This document shows positions 57,301 through 64,000 of a stretch of 64,000 nt of DNA, piece after piece. Within the stretch, counting starts at the first letter, position 1, and each line of letters begins with the position of its first letter. Both the position numbers and the translations under genes were made by a program. The notes under the pieces are model-generated. The model worked only from the letters and a program-made list of their open reading frames with translations. It did not search any database and was not told the DNA's origin. Source of the DNA: Takakia lepidozioides (Eukaryota > Plantae > Bryophyta); contig CM060731.1 of NCBI GenBank assembly GCA_030704615.1, positions 77,252,001 to 77,316,000 on the forward strand, written 5' to 3'.

Positions 57301-60300
57301 TGACGGTTGCATTGGGGTGAGGGTGATACTCTGAGGTGTTACAAAGGGTTACAGAGGATTACATGGTGGTGAGGGTTACAAAGGGTCACAGAGGGTTACC
57401 TGGGTTACAGAGGGTCACAGAGGGTTACTTGGGTTACAAAGGGTTACAGAGGGTTACATGGAGTGAGGGTTATATAGGGGTGAGAGTGACACTCTGCGGT
57501 GTTACATAGGGATACACGGGTTAAAGAGGGTTACATGGTGGTGAGGGTTAGAGAGGGTCACAGAGGGTTGCATGGAGCGAGGGTTACGTGGGGGTGAGGG
57601 TGACACTCTGCGGTATTACAGAGGGTTGCATTGGTTACAGAGGGTTACATGGTGGTGAGGGTTCCACCTGGTGAGGGTTACAGAGGGTTACATGGTGGTG
57701 AGGGTTACAGAGGGTTACATGGAGTGAGGGTTACATAGGGGTGAGGGTTACAGAGGGTTACATGGAGTGAGGGTTACATAGGGGTGAGGGTGACACTCTG
57801 CGGTGTTAAAGAGGGTTACATGGGTTATTGAGGGTTACATGGTAGTGAGGGTTACACTTGGTGCGGGTTATAGAGGGTCACAGAGGGTTACATGGGGGTG
57901 AGGGTGACACTCTTCTGTGTTACAGAGGGATACACGGGTTACAGAGGGTTATATGGGTTACAGAGGGTCACAGAGGGATTCATGGAGTGAGGGTGACACT
58001 CTACGGGTTTACAGAGGGTTACATGGTAGTGAGGGTTACACCTGGTGAGGGTTATAGAGGGTCATAGAGGGTTACATGGAGTGAGAGTTACATGGGGGTG
58101 AGGGTGACACTCTGCGGTGTTACAAAGGGATACACGAGTTACATGGGGGTGAATGGACACTCTGCGGTGTTACAAAGGGATACACGAGTTACAGAGGGTT
58201 ACATAGGTTACAGAGGGTCACAGAGGGTTACATAGGTTACAGAGGGTCACAGAGGGTTACAAGGAGTGAGGGTGACACTCTGCGGTCTTACAGAGGATTA
58301 CATGGTGCTGAGGATTACACCTGGTGAAGGTTATAGAGGGTTACATGGAGTGAGGGTCACATGGGGGTGAGGATGACACTTTGCGGTGTTACAGATGGAT
58401 ACACGAGTTATAGAGGGTTACATGGGTTACAAAGGGTTACATGGTGGTGAGGGTTACAGAGGGTCACAGAAGGTTGCATTGGGGTTACACGATGCGGGTT
58501 ACATATGGGAGGGTTACATGATGCGGGATAACATGGAGTGAGGGTTACACCCCGCGGAGTAACAGAGGGTTACATGGATAAAAAGGTTACAGAGGGTCAT
58601 GGGATTACATGGGTTACAGAGGGTCACAGAGGGTTACATGGGGGTGAGGGTGACACTCTGAGGTGTTACAAAGGGTTACATGGGTTACAGAGGGTTACAT
58701 GGTGGTGAGGGTTACAAAGGGTCAGAGAGGGTTACATGGAGTGAGGGTTACATAGGGGTGAGAGTGACACTCTGCGGTGTTACAAAGGGATAAACGGGTT
58801 AAAGAGGGTTACATGGGGGTGAGGGTGACACTCTGCGGTGTTACAAAGGGTTACATGGTCGTGAGGGTTCCACCTGGTGAGGGTTACAGAGGGTTACATG
58901 GAGTGAGGGTTACATAGGGGTGCAGGTGACACTTTGCGGTGTTACAAACGGTTACATGGGTTACAGAGGGTGACATGGTGGTGAGGGTTACACCTGGTGT
59001 GGGTTATAGAGGGTCACAGAGGGTTACCTGGAGTGAGGGTTACATGGGGGTGAGGGTGATACTCTGCTGTGTTATAGAAGGATATACACGGGTTATAGAG
59101 AGTTACATGGGTTACAGAGGGTCACAGAGGGATACATAAGGGTGAGGGAGACACTCTGCGGTGTTACAGAGGGTTACATGGTGGTGAGGGTTATACAGGG
59201 TCACAGAGGGTTACATGGAGTAAGGGTGACACTCTGCGGTGTTACAGAGGGATACACGAGTTACAGAGGGTTACATGGGTTACAGAGGGTCACATAGGGT
59301 TACATGGAGTGAGGATGACACTCTGCGGTGTTACAAAGGGTTACATGGTGGTGAGGGTTACAGCGGGTTACAGGTGAGGGTTACATGGTGAGGGTTACAG
59401 AGGGTCATGGGGTTACATGGGTTAAGAGTGTCACAAAGGATTACATGGGTTGCAAAGTTTTACAGAGGGTTACATGGAGTGAGGGTTACATAGGGGTGGG
59501 GGTGACACTCTGTGGTGTTACAGAGGGTTACATGGTGGATAGGGTTACACCTGGTGAGGGTTACAAAGGGTTACATGGGTTACAGAGGGTCACAGAGGGT
59601 TACATGGAGTGACACTCTGCGGTATTACAGAGGGTTACATGGATTACAAAGGGTTACAAAGGGTCACAGAGGGTTACATGGAATGAGGGTTACATAGGGT
59701 GGGGGTGACACTCTGCGGTGTTACAGAGGGATACATGGGTTACAGAGGGTCACAGAGGGTTACATGGAGTGACACTCTGCGGTATTACAGAGGGTTACAT
59801 GGATTACAAAGGGTTACAAAGGGTCACAGAGGGTTACATGGAATGAGGGTTACATAGGGTGGGGGTGACACTCTGCGGTGTTACAGAGGGATACATGGGT
59901 TACAGAGGGTTACATGGTGGTGAGGGTTACACCTGGCGAGGGTTATAGATGGTCACAGAGGGTTACATGGAGTGAGGGTGACACTCTGCGGTGTTACAGA
60001 GGGATACATGGGTTACAGAGGGTTACATGGTGGTGAGGGTTACAAAGGGTTACATGGAGTGAGGGTTACATAGGGGTGAGGGTGACACTTTGCGGTGTTA
60101 CAGAGGGTTACATGGGTTACAGAGGGTTACATGGTGGTGACGGTTACAGGGGGTTATAGGGGGTTACAGGTGAGGGTTACATGTTGATGGTTACAGAGGG
60201 TCACAGAGGATTGGGTTGCAAAGTTTTACGAGGGTTACATGGAGTGAGGGTTACATAGGGGTGGGGGTGACACTTTGCGGTGTTACAGAGGGTTACACCT

Positions 60301-60370
60301 AGTGAGGGTTATAGAGGGTCATGGGGTTACATGGGTTTCAGAGGGTTGCATAGGGTTACATGGTGGTTAG
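54345..60370 (+). repeat. Right subterminal modular array (~6 kb; GGGTTACA core) with higher-order structure
   Basis: Modules GAGGGTTACA, TGGGTTACA, TGGTGGTGAGGGTTACA, TGGAGTGAGGGTTACA, CCTGGTGAGGGTTA and GGGTGACACTCTGCGGTGTTACA. Confidence 0.97.
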
Positions 60371-61189
60371 TGGTTACTGGCGGACTGGTGGAAGCGGCGG
60401 ATTGGTGTCGCAGAACGACGACGCGCCGGGGGCGACGACGCCGATGGGATGAGAGCGGGGGTGGGGAGGGATTGACCGAGCCCAGCCGGCTGCCTTTCGA
60501 TGGCTGCCGGAGGCGGAGAACCGGCGGTACGGGGTGTCAGGGCTGGACCGTCCTGACGCGCTCGCATTAAGTTCTTACATTATTCCTATTATCTTCCGGT
60601 TTAAGGCAAGGGTGTTTAGTGTGCTTTGCTTATTATTAACAAGAGCGAAGGTCGATCGTCCAGAACCGTCAGATCCGTCCTCTAAGGAAATATGTATATT
60701 ACCAACCATTGGATAGAGTTCTGAGTTCCAGCTAGGTGATTCTGGGCTCAAATCCTGCGACCTGGTGTGGTAAGGTAATTAATTAATTGAAGGGTCTCAA
60801 AGTTTGGAACGTCTCTGATTTTTCAAAATGCACCCCTCCCCACACATGGACGTGGATGGGCCCTTGGCCGACCTGCACGCAGTTGCCTAGCCCAGGGTGG
60901 GTCTCATGTATATTGGGTCTATCGTCAATGGGGTGGGTCCACCTGGGCCTTTGGGTCAAGTGACACGGTAAGTTAGGCAATGAATTCACAATTTATTTAT
61001 CTTTTCCCGTGCAGTCCTATTGTGAAGAAACTTGGCAAATGGAATCATGGGTCTCCAGTAGCGACTTTCTTAAGAAATTTGGAAAACAGCACGAGTGGCT
61101 ACAGAGTTTTGCAAAAAAATAGCCGTACATTCTGTTCATCCATTGAAATTAGGATAGAATCATCCACTTCTGTACTTTAATCCATTTAT

Positions 61190-61346
61190 ATCATCCATAT
61201 TTGGCAAATAACATCCATTTTTTATTTTTTATTTGGAGAAGTTTGGCGATTTCATCCATGAGAAAACAGGGAATTTGCAACAGAATATTCCATTTTATTT
61301 TTTGAGGTCGAAATCTGGCAAAAATTCGCCAATAAAAAAAACGCTG
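61190..61346 (-). repeat. Probable terminal fragment of a small non-autonomous DNA element
   Basis: The minus strand begins CAGCGTTTTTTTTATTGGCGAATTTT (CAG-type terminus, GGCGAA motifs). No matching other end or TSD was found. Confidence 0.35.
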
Positions 61347-61418
61347 ATCTCCATGTATATTGTCTATTGGGGGAAAAAACTTCAATTTTTTTCGAAAGTC
61401 TAGAAAGGGGGTCTATTA

Positions 61419-62053
61419 CAGTGTTGGACTGGTATACCTGGTTTAACCTAGGTATGGAATACAGGTATGAATGTATATATTGAAGAACATACCACAGTCG
61501 AACCGGTGTAACCCATGTGATACACGTACTGGGGGAGTATGGCTTTAGGATTCCCCGCACACATACCATACCAGTCTGGGTATATGGAGGAATAGCATGG
61601 TTCCAATACCAATATTGCGGTGAGTTCATGGCGAATGGAGGTAGGTATGAGTATATGTTAGTGCAGCTAGTTATACCCTGTACTACAATTTGGTTAATTC
61701 AAGGCTCCATGTTGCAATTTAGACTTCATTTGCTGCTACTTTGGGTTACCTTTGCCGAGTGTTTCACGGCTTGGATTAAAATTAGCTATGTGCTAAATGA
61801 CATTTATGTCTATGTATGGTGAGCTGTAGAAATACCATACCAGTGCTCATATCCCCCAGTATCACTACAGAGAAAGGGCAATACCAGTACCATACTCATA
61901 TACAGCCCAAAGTACAACTACTCATACCAGATTCATACCCAAGTTGCTCATACCTGTATAGATACCTATACCAGCCTAGTATGAAAAAGGGGTGGGATCC
62001 TTCATACCAGGACCAGTCTGGTATTAAAAAATGGACATACCAGTCCAACACTG
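61419..62053. mobile_element. hAT-type MITE (635 bp)
   Basis: Perfect 17-bp TIR CAGTGTTGGACTGGTAT...ATACCAGTCCAACACTG; 8-bp TSD GTCTATTA/GTCTATTG (7/8 match); many GGTAT/ATACC subterminal motifs. Confidence 0.88.
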
Positions 62054-62072
62054 GTCTATTGTTGGCCTGTCT

Positions 62073-63830
62073 TGTCACCCACTGGCCCTAGGGTTCCTCC
62101 CTTCTAAGGATCACCTTGCATAGGGCCCAAGATTTGAGGACCTCATAAGCTTATTGATATCTCAAATTGGTTTGTCAATGGTGCCACATGGATTCAACCG
62201 CGTAGTGTTGTCTCCAATGATCAAAACGATCACAAGAGATTAGAGGCTTAAAACCGTCTGAAATTTCACTCCTATCACATTACCTTCCACAAACTGAGGA
62301 AGAGGTAAGCATGCCATTTTTTTACAACCAATGTAAGAATGGAACTTCACCTCCCAGGAATTTAGCTGCATATCCGCAGAACATCTGAGATGGGGTGCTA
62401 CGGTCCTTTGCCTTGAAGGCAGGGGGATTATGCCACAAGAAGGATTGTTCTTGTGGTGCGGGCAACGGCAGCAGTAGGAAGGTAGGGGCTAAACGACCTT
62501 TGAGTGTTGAAGACACTCAAGAGGACGAAGGCGTTCACTAGGTCTTTCCACAACCGGGTTGCGGTTGGGGACGCCGAATGGGGGTGGTCATGGCATAATG
62601 AGTCGTAGTGGGGGTGGTATAGGACTGACCGTGGGGTTGAGGTCTTGTGATGGGAGTCGTGGGGATTCATGGGCTCACCACGGTCCATTAGGGCGTGGTG
62701 GGTGAGCCAAGACTCACCATGACTCATTACAAAGAGTCGAGGTTTTACGGTGGTGGTTCATAAAAAAAGACTTGGGTTGCCAACACCTACAGAAGTATAT
62801 ACATGGAGTTGTAACCTCGAAAACGGTGCAAGCCTTATTAAGCGACGACCAAAAGTTAGTGAAACTAGCAAGCGAGTAGGAAAACGATCAAGTGTGGGGA
62901 GCTATCCCAGACTGCCTACAACCAAAGAGAATTTCCACTCAGCCCACGTAATCGAGGATTGCGTGGGGGAGCAAAAAGGGATCGTTATGGCCCGATGAGC
63001 AGCCAAAGCTCCAAGTTGGCCCGACGGCCAATCTGGGAGTTAGGCACACGCACCAAAACAAGTAACTATGACATGAAATGGAGTTTACTGAAGTGAGATG
63101 TGGGACACATGGTATCATAGCTTAGAGTGCGATCGTCCTTGAGATCGGACTCGCCATGGGATCGGGCAAAGTCAAGCGAAAGCGGAATGGTCCAAAAGCC
63201 GACGAACCTAGTGAGCCCGGTGGGGGCGACCCGATGCCAAAGCAGCAAAAGAAAAAAAGAAAAACCTCTCAGAGGGTGATGCTACCCAAGATCAAGAGCT
63301 ACTTGAGGAATTGGAGTCCAATGATTTTCCCGAGTCGTCTCCGGATCATCAAATGTCCCAGATGCCGCCAACATTTTGGGAAAGCTATTGGCTCAGTTCG
63401 GTGGGACTCTTCAAGATGTGGTGAAAGCTGCCTGCAATGTCACTTCCGCAAAATCGAAGTTTAAAGTGAAGCCATAGGAACCCGACATCTTTGAGGGCGT
63501 CCAGAATCAGAAGGCGCTCAATACTTGACTCCTGAAGTTTATGTAGTATTTCCAGGCATGAGTGTAAGCAAGGACGGAGTGAAAATGGTTCCCACCTATT
63601 TGAGGGGCTATGCTCAACAATGTTGGCAGAAACGTCTTCAAGACCAATGACCCACCCTAGACTCGATGAGTTGGCATGGCTTCAAGGAACTCTTGAAGAA
63701 GCAGTTCGTGTCTCTTAATGCATCCTAGCTTGTTCGGGACAAAATGAGGAACTTGAAGCAGACGGATGACATTCGGGGCTATGTTCAAGCTTTCAATGTG
63801 CTCTTACTTGAAGTCACAGATATGGCGGAA
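62073..63830 (+). mobile_element. Ty3/Gypsy LTR retrotransposon relic: putative 5' LTR (~62073-63107), tRNA-iMet PBS (63110-63121) and degenerate gag
   Basis: TGGTATCATAGC is one mismatch from the canonical TGGTATCAGAGC and follows ...GGGACA. The gag remnant reads TYLRGYAQQCW...SMSWHGFKELLKKQF...VRDKMRNLKQTDDIRGYVQAFN..LLEVTDMAE, with stops. The LTR 5' end is tentative. Confidence 0.75.
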
Positions 63831-64000
63831 CCAAAAATTCCTCTTGTATGTTATCATTGGCCAAATTTCGTGACACCAAGTGGATTATATTGAGTGTCAT
63901 TCGGTGCCATGTCACTCCAATATGTGTCATTCGTGAAAGGAGATGTGGAAGATTTGACAACATGGAAACTGACGTACTATAATGTTAAAGATCGCACGAT

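Larger units (their letters stand above)
42243..60597. mobile_element. Giant (18,355 bp) Mutator-like element (MULE), non-autonomous/decayed, with kilobase satellite-like TIR arms
   Basis: The TIR tip GGAAGATAATAGGAATAATGTAAGAACTTAA.GCGAGCGCGTCAGGACGGTCCAGC..TGACACCCCGTACCGCCGGTTCTCCGCCTCC is present at both ends in inverted orientation. A perfect 9-bp TSD GGTTTAAGG lies at 42234-42242 and 60598-60606. Internal MULE transposase and Ulp1 genes are present. Confidence 0.93.

Noticed and set aside
54345-60370. CRISPR-like array (recurrent hairpin repeat with intervening sequence)
   Set aside because: The intervening segments are rearranged copies of the same core rather than unique spacers. There are no cas genes and the context is eukaryotic.
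54333-60570. Many short ORFs (RVTWSEGYMG, GLHGGEG...) in the arrays, also at 42465-43270 and 45105-45299
   Set aside because: They are translation by-products of low-complexity repeats in several frames, with frequent stops.

Overview
Eukaryotic nuclear DNA from a land plant, most likely a bryophyte (moss-grade). The evidence is short GT-AG introns, a PSE1-like PUFA elongase and an intronless PLS-DYW PPR core. The first ~41.5 kb is gene-dense: RsfS/Iojap and plastid bL27 head-to-head, a PPR pseudogene fragment, a 1.5-kb palindromic hAT-type MITE dimer (8-bp TSD), a class-V PLP/cysteine-desulfurase-like gene, an ELO fatty-acid elongase, cytosolic malate dehydrogenase, a DYW-PPR editing factor, an uncharacterised coiled-coil gene and an Agenet/BAH chromatin gene. 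The main feature is an 18,355-bp Mutator-like element (42243-60597) with matching TIR tips and a perfect 9-bp TSD (GGTTTAAGG). Its arms are kilobase-scale, mirror-image, modular GGGTTACA arrays whose G-rich strand points outward, as in telomeres. It carries a decayed SWIM/MULE-type transposase and a convergent zinc-finger/acidic-repeat/Ulp1-protease gene. That gene's coding repeats are themselves built from the array motif (GGT GAC AC = Gly-Asp-Thr). The element also holds an inverted zinc-finger paralogue relic and a captured Sola-like (DUF7869-type) transposase fragment. The window ends with a second hAT MITE and a Ty3/Gypsy LTR-PBS-gag relic. All family assignments come from recognising motifs by eye; no searches were run.
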